Assembly: GCF_001194135.2 (NCBI RefSeq)
Contig: NC_068981.1
Location: 41,567,516-41,622,571 of the forward strand
Reading direction: 5' to 3'
DNA length: 55,056 nt
DNA from: Octopus bimaculoides
Taxonomy: Eukaryota
In this document: positions 11,391-24,140 of the stretch, one piece after another
How positions within the stretch are numbered: the stretch's first letter is position 1
Layout of the letters: every line of letters begins with the position of its first letter
Translations under genes and position numbers: made by a program
The notes under the pieces: model-generated
Seen by the model: only the letters and a program-made list of their open reading frames with translations
What the model was told of the DNA's origin: nothing
Database searches by the model: none

Positions 11391-13091
11391 CTATTTCCAT
11401 GTACTGTGTGTCCGTGTGTACATTATTTTTGTGTGTGTCTATGTGCACACACGCAGAGAGAGAGAGACACACACACACACACACACACACATACTCACAT
11501 CCTACAGCTAATTTTAGTATTTTTTTCTTTTATTTGCAGGACTGAATTTCTATTGATATTTTGGCTGCTGTTTCTAAATCTCATCTCTTTTGGAATAATC
11601 ATAGTAAATCTCCAGTTAATGGAAGAAGAAAAGAATAATGCTCAACAAATATATGTGTTCTATGATCGTACAGAAGAGTAACTAATGTTCTACATATGAC
11701 CCTTGTCTTTCAAAGAATTAAATACAAGTTCTTAGAACCAAGCATTAAACATGAAAACAGATAAAGTAGTTACCTTTTCATCACATAAGGTCACTGACAG
11801 TTTGAAATCAAAGTTTTTCCAATGGCTACATTTAAAATACAATTGGTGGCACAGTTTTACAGAAACATATTACGTTATCTAGTTTTATAATAATGCAGTA
11901 TTTTTAATTGTGCTGCCACTGTCAAGTTTTCAGAGTGGAATTATATATTACATGTGTGATCCTAATAATCTTTTACCCACTTTATAAACATCTGCTCACA
12001 CACAAACAAACACACATGCATAATGTTTGCTATATTTATAAATGTAGCATGTCACATGACTTTTATTTTAGGAGATTGATGTTCATGTTTACCTTATGGT
12101 TCCCTTCTGTTTCAGTATTCACAATATACTATTGGCAAAAATGGTGAAAATATGCCTAATATAAACATGAATTTTGATGAAAATTTCAATGGCAGGTCTC
12201 TTAAAAAGAAAACTGTCAAAAGACTGTCAACTTATAAGCTGGAGTTCTTAAACTAATTAATATAACCATTTAGTTGTAGTGACAAAGTTATGCAATCTGA
12301 ATGAAAATATAATATATATATTCAGCACAATAATCAAGCATTCCTAAAGCAAAATTTCTTTCCAAATGAAAACTTTATGGAAAGATTTTTTTCCCTACAT
12401 GTTTAGTTTTCTTTTTTTCTTTTGTTATTTTGAAAATTAAGAAATCAGTAAACATAAATTTTCAACAATTCTACGTATCCTAGGTGTTTGAATAGTGGCC
12501 TTATATATGAAAATGTGCTCTTATACAAGTATGACTAGGAAATTTGTATTTGATTATGTACCAATATGACATATTCGTGTATGCGTGTATGTGTGTTGCT
12601 ATACTCTATTATAGAATATATCTATAGAATAACTTTTTCATCCTGCTGTATTTATCAGTGCTTGTAAACAACATTTCTGCATATAGTCATGAACAGAAAA
12701 AGCAGAAAACAACCTGACATACACTGATTCATTTCTTCAATTCTTGAATAAGGATTTCATCAGCAGCAATGGTCTTTTTACTGTCCATGAACACTGCTTA
12801 TAAAACCCACTATCATTAGGTGGAGTACAGTTGCTGATAAAAAATGAATTTAAAGATTAAAACTTAGCATGTCTGGATCTTTTCTGCCTTTTCTCTCTAC
12901 AATATTGCATACACAAATCTGTTGTTTACAATCGTGAAAAAAATCTATAAATACCTTCTATGGTATAACAGAACAAATAGCAATGAAATAAAATGCTGCT
13001 AACGCACCACTAATTAATTTCTCTCTCTCTCTCTGTATGTATATATATGTACGTATACATGTGTATGTGTATGAATATATATATATATATA

Positions 13092-13385
13092 TCATCATCA
13101 TCATTTAACGTCTGCCTTTCATGCTAGCATGAGTGGGATGGTTTGACAAGAGCTAGCCAAGCAGAAGCCTGCACCAGACTTCTGTAACTGTTTGGCAGGA
13201 TTTTTACAGCTGGATGCCCTTCCTAACACCGACCACTCAGCAGAGTGGACTTAGTGTTTTTTATGTGGCACAAGCACAGGTGAGGTCAGTTTTAGCTAGG
13301 TTTTTACAGCTGGATGCTCTTCTAAATGCCAACCACTTTACAATGCAGACTGGGTGCTTCTAAGTGGCACCTGCACTGACAGAGT
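13092..13385 (-). mobile_element. SINE family C (RTE-derived, (ATG)n tail)
   Basis: (CAT)n followed by ttaacgtctgcctttcatgctagcatg...acagctggatgcccttcctaac, shared with 20969-21300 and, reversed, 28080-28284. Confidence 0.75.
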
Positions 13386-13914
13386 CACCAAATATTTGCA
13401 AGACAGAAAAATAACTGTTGAGAGATGAGGGGGCATTGGAGAAGGTGATCTTGTGTTGGATGATGAAAGGTTATAGTGAGGCAGAGAGACAGACAGGTGT
13501 CTTACTGTAGAGGAGATACAAGGTTACCTGGCCGGAGAAAGAGAGAGAGAGATCAGGAATGAAGACCGAAGCAAATGCGCTGCTGCAAAGGAAATATGTG
13601 GTTACCCAACCTGAAGGAAGTGCAGGAGAAGGAGAGAGAGAGAGAGAGAGAGACAGCAGGATAGAGATGGTGGCAAAGTGCCAGGTATACACAATGATAC
13701 AGTGAGACAGAGCATGGGTGGAACACACAGGTCAGAAGCTAGCAGAGGGCCAAGAGGACAGGTTTGGAGAGTGGGCAGTAAACCTAGTGCATGAAGTGGA
13801 AATGTGAAGAAGAGAAGAAATGTAGAGATGTGGTTTGTTGTGGTAGAGTGTGTGAGAAATTTTCTTAAGTGTGGGTGAGACACAGCACTTCTAGAACTCA
13901 GTTTCACTGATGTG

Positions 13915-14405
13915 GGTAGGTCTTCTCAAGAACTTCATATTGCCAGACATCTCAGTCCATTGTCATTTCCTTTGTGAGGCCCAACATCCTGAGATCAGTC
14001 CTTACCACTTCATACTATGTCTTCCTGGGTCCCCCTCTTCCGTGGGTACCATCTACTTTCAATGATCAGCACTTCTTTATGCAGTTGTCCTCTTTCATAC
14101 GCATCACATGTCCAAACCAACATAGTCTTCTCTCTTGCATGCAACATTTGATTCTTCTTATGCCCAACTTTTCTCTTAATACATTTGCACTTTGTCATAT
14201 ATATGTGCATTGATGTTGCACATTCAATGGAGCAGACTACCTTCATTTCTCTCCGGTCTATGCATGTCTTCTGCATTCAGAGCCCATGTCTCATAAACTG
14301 TGGAGTAAAGCTGTTTGCACACAAGCATCATATAGCCTACCTTTCACTCTGAGAGAGAGCCCTTTTGTTGCCAACAGAGGTAATAGCTCTCTGAACTTCC
14401 TCCAC
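13915..14405 (-). mobile_element. RTE-clade LINE 3' fragment
   Basis: Minus strand reads WRKFRELLPLLATKGLSLRVKGRLYDACV...WFGHVMRM...V.GT.GRG.PRKT, the typical RTE C-terminus, with stops. Confidence 0.8.
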
Positions 14406-15589
14406 CATTGCTAATTTGGTCACCTAGGTAACAGAAACTATATATGTATATACATATATTCAAATGTTCTAGTTTGTTGATGAAAAAGGAAGAGATTGCT
14501 TAATGTTTTAGACTCACACACACATGTATTTGATTATATGTAATATATAAATATATATATTGACAGGAAGGACTTTACCAGCAGTAAGAACATCCTACCG
14601 TAAAAATAATGCCTTAATAATAAGTATTTTGCTAAGTCATGTTAGAATATAAAGATAGATGTTAAATTAAGGAATGCATATACTTTTATGTATTGTGGGT
14701 TTTGGAAAATCCAATGCTTCACAGTTACTAGTAGTTTCATTCTTGGCAGAATTCTTAGACTGTGTGATTTTTTTTTCTTTTGTTAAATATCAGCTTATGA
14801 TATGTTGGGTGAATGGGTGACCTTTTAACATCTCCAACCCCATTCTATTTATATATTATAATTATTATTTTTGTAATTACAGAACCCAACAGATTTACAA
14901 ATTACATCCACATGCCAACTCAGATACCATCTCCTCATACAAAAATGTCTTCCTTCGCGTAAAGAGCAAAAGGTAAAGACCCTCTTTGGTCATGAATGAC
15001 CATGGGATTGCACTTAGAAAGCTCCCCTTTGAGGCACAAGCCTGGGCAAGTTTGTTTGTGGAAGGCCAGCAGTTGCTCATGTGTACTGGTTTCCCCTCTT
15101 CAAGCTACCAATGTTGTCCAAGGAAAAGGCAAAAGCTGATACAGCTTGTCACCGGTGATGTTGCTACTCATTTCTACAGCTGAGTGAACTGGTGCAATAT
15201 GAAATAAAGTGTCTTGCTCAAGGACACAACACACAGCCTGGTCATGATTGTAAGCCTGATGCTCTGACCACTGAGCCATGCTTCTTCACTCCTTCAAATA
15301 AATATGAATATAAATATAAACAAACCCCTCCAATAAGTAGACCACATCACACTTCTGAGTTAAATAGATACAACTTCCAGTTAACGAGAATCTTATAGTC
15401 TGAGGATTCCTTCCAGAGATAAAACTATTAGTTACAGTGAAGTAGGGAATTTTCTATTATCCACAATAAAATCATTACACTACAAATACATTGAAATTTG
15501 ATGTAGTTGTATGTAGTACATAATGCTCAATAACAATCCCAAATGAGTTGAAGGCTATTGCTGAGTAGCTCAAAGTAGTTGAGTCCACT

Positions 15590-15800
15590 ACTCAAATGTG
15601 TAGTACACAAAGCTATCAGGTACATATCCTACATCATGAGAAGAAGGCGGTTTGTGTCCAGCAGGACCTGAGAGAACATTTATCGTGTGACCTTCCCAAT
15701 ATCATGTGGTTTCCAAGCTCTCCTAATTTGAATCCCCTGAATACTTCATCTGTGGCATTGCTATGGTGGCAGAGACTGAACATAGCTAAGGACTTAAATG
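15590..15800 (+). mobile_element. Tc1/mariner (maT-like) transposase remnant
   Basis: WFPSSPNLNPLN resembles the WPP.SPDLNP.D motif; related to 45770-46275. Confidence 0.45.
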
Positions 15801-16160
15801 GCTTACATTAAGAGGGACATACATGCAGAGAAACTGAAACTGAATTGCACAATACACACGCACATAAAACATCTGCAGGTAGAAGACTGGATTCCATAGC
15901 CATGAGATTACATGTTTCAATGTATCCTAATTTCAGTGTTTCCTAACTTAAGATAGTAGAGTGTGATTTTAAGATAACTTGATTGCTATATCTAGCTGAT
16001 CATGCATCCACACAAGGCTCTTCAGTTATCATAGGCTTCAAGTAAACTTTTGTTTTGTTGTACAATCCAGGTCAGTCATAGTCGAAAAGCTATGGTGAAA
16101 GATATCTAACTGCGACAATCTCATTATTTCTATATCAGGAACTAGAAAGCCTTTATTTAA

Positions 16161-16365
16161 CCCTTTTGATACCAACCCACCTGAGACTGCCTCTGTTTTT
16201 ATGATAGAAAGTTCCTGTTTTAGAAATGATCTTAATTAAAACCTTCCATCATAATAATTTATGTTCCAAATACTAGCTTAATAATGAGAAAGTTATTTTT
16301 ATTAAATTCTCTTCATTATTTTAAAAATTTATTGAATTAGAGGTAATGTATTTCAACAGAAATAT
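16161..16365. mobile_element. Possible piggyBac-type MITE
   Basis: Begins TTAA|CCCTTT at 16157-16166; the right terminus is degraded. Confidence 0.3.
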
Positions 16366-17143
16366 AATAACCAGTCAGGATATTTCAAGAGAAATGTGAT
16401 ACCAAAACAGTTAGGAGAATGAATTTGTGAGAGTTTTGCCTACTGTCTGAAGCTGGTTGATATCTACAATACGTCCATTCTATCATTTATGTAAATACAT
16501 AGATTTCAGACAAATCTAAAATATGCAAAAGATGGTGTAAAATTGCATAATAACACAGCAAATATTTTAAAATATCTTTTTTTTTTTGGTATATATTAGC
16601 AAAATATTCTCATTTTAGTAACTGTAAATATGTATTATAACAAATTATGAAGCCATTTGCAGACAGTCAAAATAGTTTAGCTGAGAGAGAGAGAGAGCTT
16701 TACAGTTCTTGAGTTGATCCTAGGTTTATGGGGGTTTTAGTTTTTGTCTTGGAATTATTACTTGTCAAAATTTTTATAGTTTGCCTTACTTAGTTAAAGA
16801 GGGTGGTAGAAAGAGAGGTTTCCATGACATATATACATATCAACATGTAATCATTGAAATGTATAGATATAATGTATCTGCCTGTCTCTGTCTGTCTGTC
16901 TCTCTCTCTATATATATATTATGTGTGCATGCACACTTCTTCATTTGGATGTACAAGTGGAAAGTAAAATGCACTTAATACATCTAAGATTGTTTATTCA
17001 TTTATTCAAAAGTGAAGCTTCAGATCCTTCATGAGTTTCAATGTATACCTATTATATCATTATCATCATCATCATTTTATGTCTGCTTTCCATGTTGGTA
17101 TGGGTTGGAGTATGTATATATATGTAATGTACGTGTGTATGTG

Positions 17144-17191
<48 letters not shown>

Positions 17192-18571
17192 ATAATATAC
17201 ATGCACACACATACATCTAATGTCTTGGTACAAGCTTGTTTACATTTTTAAAAGTAGTCTTTTGTTTGGAATCTTAGGAAGAAAACTTTGAGGACCTGAT
17301 GACTTATTAAGTTATTTGAAAACCACCCACTCTTATATCCTTCCTAAGCTGCCACATAAACTCTTGGTCAGATTGAATACATATTGATATGATTCTGTAT
17401 ATTTATTTATACATAGTATACATGTACTTGCTTTTTCTGTGTAAATCACTGCCTATGAATTTTACTTAGTCTCTTTCTCTTGACAGTAACCTTCATTAGA
17501 GTAAATTCCAACATTATTCTATTTATTTAATATGACAGAATATTAACATTAATTGTTTCATAGATTGATTCTATGAGTATTTTATCCCAATTTTAATAGT
17601 TTAACATTTTTTTTAGTTCTATTAATTATTATCTAAATAAATAATTCTGTTCTTGTTATCTTATATATACACCCACAAACAAATGTGATGATTTCTATGT
17701 ATGTATATATGCACATGTTTATGATGGAAGTGCTTGAATGGACAGTAAGTATGCATATATTGTAAACTGAGCTTTCTATTTTTTAACTGTATTTCAGTTT
17801 TAAAAGAATGATGCAGAAAAATGTCTGTCTCTGCTTTATCTATGTTCTGAATACTATATATTTCCCAGGCCTATCTTCTAAATGTGATGTAATATGCTTT
17901 GCCGTTTTTTTCTTCTTGGTTTTTCTTTTCTTTTCTATTCTCCTTACATCATCTTCCAAAATATATGTATTTGGTATATTATTTAATTTGTAATTACTTG
18001 CATCTTTAAATCTTTCTTTTCTTGTTTTACAAAGAAAAATGCAACTTCAAACATAAAGGTAATATATATTACTTTTACAAAACCTGGTGAATAAACTCAT
18101 AAGAAGGTTTAATATTGTCAATGCATGAGACTAAATACAACTTATTGTTCAAAATTTCAGTGTAATTATCAAAAGTAAAACAAAAAATCTGTACATGGTA
18201 TTTTTTTCAGTTGTGATATTTTTATGTACATATGTAACAATACTACTATTAATAAAAACTATTCTGTAAATAAACTGTTTAAATGATAATGTAATGCTAA
18301 GATGGAAAGTTTTAGCATAGAAATATGGTTGTGGATTCAATGATATTTTTTATTCAATCAGATTTGATGTCTTTCAATATTCTTGCATTATTATTATTTT
18401 TATTCTATTAAAAAAAAAGTAACTATATTTGCTTTATCTAATAGATGTCAGGATAAAAATTTATAAATAAAATAAACTAAAATAGTTTTTACTGTAAATT
18501 TTTAATTAATATTGTAAATAATCTGGCATTGATGTGTGTGTGCAAAAGACTGTACTGGTACTGTTACTTGA

Positions 18572-18622
18572 TGTGCATATGGAGGGTGTTAGTTTACATA
18601 ACTAACACCCTCCATATGCACA
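18572..18622. repeat. Perfect 23-bp inverted repeat with 5-nt spacer
   Basis: tgtgcatatggagggtgttagtt tacat aactaacaccctccatatgcaca. Confidence 0.95.
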
Positions 18623-19072
18623 ACTTGTGGTTGAGGGTAACTTACAAAAACGTAGGATAAAGTGGCGAAAATCTATCTCAACAATCTGGACATCATGAAA
18701 GATTTGACAAAGAACTACAATGTGTGTCATTACATAATTATAGAGAAGACTTTCTCTCCTGTGCAAACAGAAGAAAACACAATTCAACATGTAGTAGTAA
18801 TGGAAGTTGTGATATACAATGCCTACATTCGGGTCTCTCACCCATTATGTTTCTGTTAAGTCTACATCTGCTGCACTTCCTTCTTTCTTACCCCCTCATC
18901 TATATCTCACTCTGTCTCCTTGTCAGTCCCTCTTCCTTCTGTAACACTGCTTATACTGTTTTCTATTCAATCTCCTTACCAACATGTTGCTTTCTGTCAC
19001 TGTTGCTTCTCCATTACTCCCACTCAAACCATCCTCTCACTTCTATTCCTGTTTTTTTTTTTTCAACCCCAT

Positions 19073-20329
19073 TTGAGGGCCGGCTGAAAAGTTCATAGGT
19101 TGACTAAGATACTCTCATGGAATGTGACCAAATGAGGCTTATTTTACAGCATAGTCCCCCTTGCAGTCCACACACTTCTATCAGTGTTGCAGTGCTTGGA
19201 TTCCATTGCTCAGAAAAGACATCAGCAGTAGATGTGACATCATCATCACTGTGATACTGGTTCCCAGCCAAGTGTTTTGCATGTTGGGGAACAGACAATA
19301 GTCAGGGGCCAAATCAGGATAATAGGGAGCCTGATCAACCATTTCAAAGCCACAGTCATGCACAGCAGCCATTGAAACTAACAACTTGTGTGCTGGATCA
19401 TTGTCGATGAAATAAGACACTCTTTTTGTCAGATTTCCTTGGCGTTTGGTCTTGATAGCCTTTAGTAACTGTCTCAGCAAGTTGATATAGTACTTTCCAT
19501 TGATGGTATGGCCCTTTTGAAGATAGTTAATAAACACAACCCCTTTCGCATCCCCAAAAATTGAGAGCATAACCTTCCCTGCAGATGAAACAACCTTGGC
19601 CTTTGGTGCGGGCAAGGAGGTGTGTTTCCACGGCATGAATTTACTCTTTATCTCTGGCTCAAAGTGATGTAGCCAACACTCACCCTGGGTTAGGAAATAT
19701 TCTAGGAAACCAACTTGATCCACCTCAAACAATGTCCAATTTTCCTGTGATGTGATCAGCCTGGTGTGCTTTTGATCAGGTGTCAGAAGACGTGGCACCT
19801 CCTGAGCAGAAACCATCATGCTAAGTTCATTGTGTAGAATATTCTCAGTTTTCTCATGGGTTATGCTAATAGCGTTGGCTATTTGATTTATAGTCAATTG
19901 TCGGTCATCCATCACTACATGGTGAACACGATCAATGCTTTCAGTGGTGGTGGCAGTTGCAGGATGTCCAGACCTTGGGTATCTTCAAGACTCTCCCTTC
20001 CTCTCCTAAATTCAGCTGGTCAATTTTGCACAATTAATAGAGCTGGAGCATCATCCCCTAATGTTGCAACTGTGTCAGCATGAATGTCCTTGAGGGCTAA
20101 ACTCTTTTTCTGCAGATACTTGATAACACCAAAATGCCAAATTTTGTCCATTTACAGAAATTGCTGCTAGTTATGTTTGAAGTCTTCCCTGAATAATCAG
20201 ATGTCAGTTTACCTGGGAAGAAACAATGCAGTTATTAATTAGACGTGTTGAAATTAATGCATGCAAGATTTCATAGCTCTAGCATCACTCCTTCATAATC
20301 AGCCTATGAACTTTTCAGCCCACCCTTGT
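19073..20329 (-). mobile_element. Full-length but inactive mariner (DD34D) element, about 1.26 kb
   Basis: TIRs gagggccggctgaaaagttcatagg (from 19075) and cctatgaacttttcagcccaccctt (to about 20327). Transposase starts MDKIWHFGVIKYLQKK at 20151; residual ORF 19181-19915 has VPRLLT.DQK.TR, WLHHFEPE.K, KVMLSIFGD.KGV and DLAPDY.LFP motifs. Confidence 0.92.
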
Positions 20330-20968
20330 TCTCTCTCTTTCATCCTTTTGATTTAGCTCTCTCTTTGTCAGTAATTTTTGTTTCATTCACTCTCTCACAG
20401 TCTATTTGCCTTTTAGTCTTGCAGGGAACAAAGAAATATACCTAGAACTGATAATCTGATAAAATTACTCCATGTAAAGTGGTTAGCAAACAAAGACAAC
20501 ATTGAGTGAAGAGGACTCTTTAGTCTTGTTGAGGATATGACAACTTTGTCATGTTGATGCTGTAAAGTAGTTGGTATTAGATAGGTCTCTAACTATAGAA
20601 ACCATGCCAACATGGAACATGAGCAGCATGTGGTCCCCAACTTATCTAGGAGGGCAGTAATGCTAAATGACTTGAGTGTGACCCATCCAACCAATGTCAG
20701 CATCGAAAGTTGACGTAAATTTATATATATATAATCATCATTTTTAACATCCACTTTTCTATACTTGCATGGTGCAGATAAAATTTATTGTGACAGATTT
20801 TCTGCAACAAGATGCTTTTCCTGATGCCAACCATCACCTATTTCCTAGCAAGGTAATATTTGCCCTAATCCTTTGAACATGAACGGTTCACTGACCAGAC
20901 ATGCTTTCATGGAAGATTGCACTCAAACACCAAAACATGAACATATGTATATGTACACAGACACAGAT

Positions 20969-21300
20969 ATCATCATCATCATTGTTTAACGTCCGCTTTC
21001 CATGCTAGCATGGGTTGGAAGATTTGACTGAGGACTGGTGAAACCAGTTGGCTACACCAGGCTCCAATCCGATTTGGCAGAGTTTCTACAGCTGGATGCC
21101 CTTCCTAACACCAACCACTCAGTGTAGTGGGTGCTTTTACATGTCACCCGCACAAAGGCCAGTCAGGCGGTACTGGCAACGGCCACGCTCAAAATTGTGT
21201 ATTTTATGTGCCACCTGCACAAGAGCCAGTCCAGGGGCACTGGCAACGATTTTGCTTGAAAATCCTTACACATGTCACAGGCACAAGTGCCAGAAAGGCC
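20969..21300 (-). mobile_element. SINE family C copy
   Basis: catcatcatcattgtttaacgtccgctttccatgctagcatgggttgg...ggatgcccttcctaacaccaaccactc. Confidence 0.8.
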
Positions 21301-21359
21301 ACTCTGAGCAGACTTTAACTTCACTGCTTTAATATATATATATATATATATATATATGT

Positions 21360-21600
21360 ATCATCATCATCATCATTGAACATCTGTTTTCCATACTGGC
21401 ATATGTTTGACAGGAGCTGGCCACCTGAAGAGATGCCCAGGCTCTGTCTTTTTGGCATGGTTTCTGCGGCTGGATGCTTTTCCTAATGCCAACCACTTTA
21501 CAGAGTGTATTTGGTGCATTTACACAGCACCAGCATGAGTGCATTTTGTGGCACTGGTACAGGTGCTTTTTATGTGGCACCAGCACCTGTGAGCCTGCAA
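21360..21600 (-). mobile_element. SINE family C copy, more diverged, tandem to the previous one
   Basis: (CAT)n, ttccatactggcatatg, gctggatgcttttcctaatgccaaccac. Confidence 0.65.
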
Positions 21601-21830
21601 AATTAGGAATGCTCAACTGGAGAGGGATGCAAGGGACAAACCTCTATGCAAGGACAACCGTACTTTTGCTTAGCTTGATGTGTCTTTTCAAGCACATACC
21701 AATTCTACTCAAGGTTTTAATCAACCTGGGGCTATAGTTGGAGACACCCAAGATGTTACAACAGTGGGACTGAACTCAAAACAATGTGAATGTGGCGCAA
21801 ACTTTTTAACAACATAGCCATGCTTGCATG

Positions 21831-21868
<38 letters not shown>

Positions 21869-22851
21869 TACAAAAAGGAGAAATAGCATAGTGAATATAA
21901 TTTATTGGTTTAAAGCTGATGATTTATTTAAAAAATTCTCTGTTTCTTTTTATGTGTAATCCATCAGTTAATGAAGTTACTGATATGTGAACTTGGTTTA
22001 GGGCTTCAGAATAGAATATGTCAAATTTTTCAATTGGTTTGGCAATAATATTGATGAGAAAGGGATTAGAAAATGTCACTGCATGGTATTAATGCTCTGT
22101 TGATTGTGGAGTTAATCTCTGTAGAATTGGTTAATTAGTCCTTGACCAAACACTTCATTTCATGTTGTTCCAATCAACACAGCTGAAAACGAGCAACAAC
22201 AGCTGGACTTAACATTGTACAGAAAAGCATCTCATCTGGAGGAACCTTTAAAGATAGTAGTAGCAATTATTTAAAGTTTACTTTCTGATACAAAAGGCTA
22301 CACTGACATTTGTATTTAGGACAACTTTATGAACTACTGTCTACAAGGAATTATTATAATTCGAACAAATTCAAGTGTGTCATTATTTCTACAAAATCGT
22401 TTGACACCTTGTAATATACAGCTGAATATCTGTATAGCCATGTCTTCTAAACTAACAGGTGTAGAGTAGAACAATGAAATAATATAAATCAGTGATGCAC
22501 AGTGGTTCATACCAAAGTTTTGATTAGTTCACAATGGGGTTACTACCTTCCTTTTTGCTCAATACTTTAAAAAGTATATTACGCTTAGTGGCCCATGAAG
22601 TTTTTCCTATAAATTTTATGGGCGCCTTTCTGAAAACTGGTAGTGCGTTACATTCAAAATCAACCCTTGAGTCATATTCAATAAAGTAAGTTAATAACTT
22701 TGATAACTATTATTTTGTAATTTAATTTAGTATTAGCTGACTAATTCTATAAAGAATCCCAAGGCATTAAAATACTAACTAAGACTGATACACACACTGT
22801 TGAGCGAAAATTTGATTTCGTTTCGTTTGAGCACCATTTCATATGTTAAAT

Positions 22852-22873
22852 AAACAAAATGGCAGCTCCCATA
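22852..22873 (+). promoter_or_regulatory. YY1-like AAAATGGC motif and short uORF start upstream of ARL6IP4
   Basis: aaacaaaatggcagctcccat; ATG at 22859 opens MAAPIHF* (stop 22880-22882). Motif assignment is by resemblance only. Confidence 0.3.
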
Positions 22874-22916
22874 CACTTTTAAATTTTCAGGTTATGGTGT
22901 TTATATTTTACAGCTA

Positions 22917-23239
22917 ATGATGTCTTCGACCAATAAGCGTTCGTCTCGATCAAGATCTTCTACACGAAGCTGGGACAGCCCGAAGTCCAATAAACACAAA
23001 ACACCCCAACATGACAGTAAAATTAGTAGTCATCATTTTTCTAAGAAATACCGTACATCACACGATGACTCCAAAGAAAAGAGCACTAGTGGTAGAAGTT
23101 CTTCAAAGAAATTATCAAAGCATCCCAAATCACTGCCTGATCGAATTCTTAAACGAAAACGGAGTTCCAGCAGAAGCAGTTCCTGTAGTAGTGATGTAGG
23201 TAATTTTAAAAGATCGAAGAAAAGCAGCAAAAAATCGAG
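22917..23239 (+). CDS. ARL6IP4: ARL6IP4 (SR-25 family) coding exon 1, Ser/Arg/Lys-rich
   Basis: MMSSTNKRSSRSRSS...KKSSKKS; donor AG|GTGATT at 23240 is phase 2 and matches exon 2. Confidence 0.8.
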
Positions 23240-23889
23240 GTGATTTACTTCTATTTCACATTATAGCGACCTTGGGTTTTAGGTACCCTCGTATGTATGT
23301 CTCTAGAACCGAAGATCGTCAATATTTTAATATCTCAAGATAATCCATTTCCATAGTGGCCTTATTGTTATTGTTGTATTTCATATTCTCCAAGTTTTTT
23401 TGCCAGTAATTTGCTGAATGCTGCATACAACAATATTAAGTGGTTATAGGATAGTGGTACACACCTTTTTTTTTCATGCCATACATTGTTTTCATCATAT
23501 CTCAGGATGTTATTACAGCCTTTCTACGATTGTCTGGAGCCAAGAGGTGCATTCAAAACAAATCGTTGACACACATCAGTCTTGTAGACTGTGGATAGTA
23601 TTTGTGAATGACGCTGAAAATGATATGTAGGAAAATTACATACCGTCTTGAAAAACTTGAAAAAGTTCAATTAACTGTGATAATGCTTGCAGTTAGACGT
23701 CCCTTTAGAAATGTTCGAAAAACAAAATTAACAAGCAAGGGAGAGAACTCTAATACCAGCTAATGGACCTGAAAATGAGAACCATGCAGTTTCTACCTGT
23801 AAACGTAACTGCTAAAGCAACATATTTTAGTCTTAGATCTCATCAGTGAATCATGTTCGCCTCAGTTTATAGAGCATAAGAGATGATCA

Positions 23890-24140
23890 ATTTATCTGAT
23901 TCCTCTTATACTCAGTTTTTGTCTCAACACATTTGTATTATATCGTTCAGGCACATTAACAGTGTGCATCCAACGAAGCATGCTTGCTTCATTTCTCTCT
24001 TGTTTACTGAAATCTTCTGCGTTCAAAACCCATATCTCACATGCATGTAATATCCCAGTTCTAACACAAGTGTCATACAATGTACCTTTCATTGAAGGAA
24101 AAGACCTTTGTTGCCAGCAGTGGTAGTAACTCCCTGGGAT
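23890..24140 (-). mobile_element. RTE-clade LINE fragment in ARL6IP4 intron 1
   Basis: KGTLYDTCVRTGILHACEIWVLNAED...ERNEASMLRWM...LRQKLSIRGI, homologous to 13915-14405. Confidence 0.75.

Noticed and set aside
11540-11681. Plus-strand acceptor followed by a hydrophobic ORF ending MEEEKNNAQQIYVFYDRTEE*
   Set aside because: No recognisable homology and no phase-compatible partner exons found; may be a non-coding exon.
18662-19098. Cys-rich ORFs next to the perfect hairpin
   Set aside because: Cys/His spacing fits no zinc-finger pattern; no splice support; the tail is CT-rich low complexity.
23199-23205. Alternative ARL6IP4 donor GTAG|GTAATT
   Set aside because: Phase 1, incompatible with the phase-2 start of exon 2; the donor at 23240 fits.
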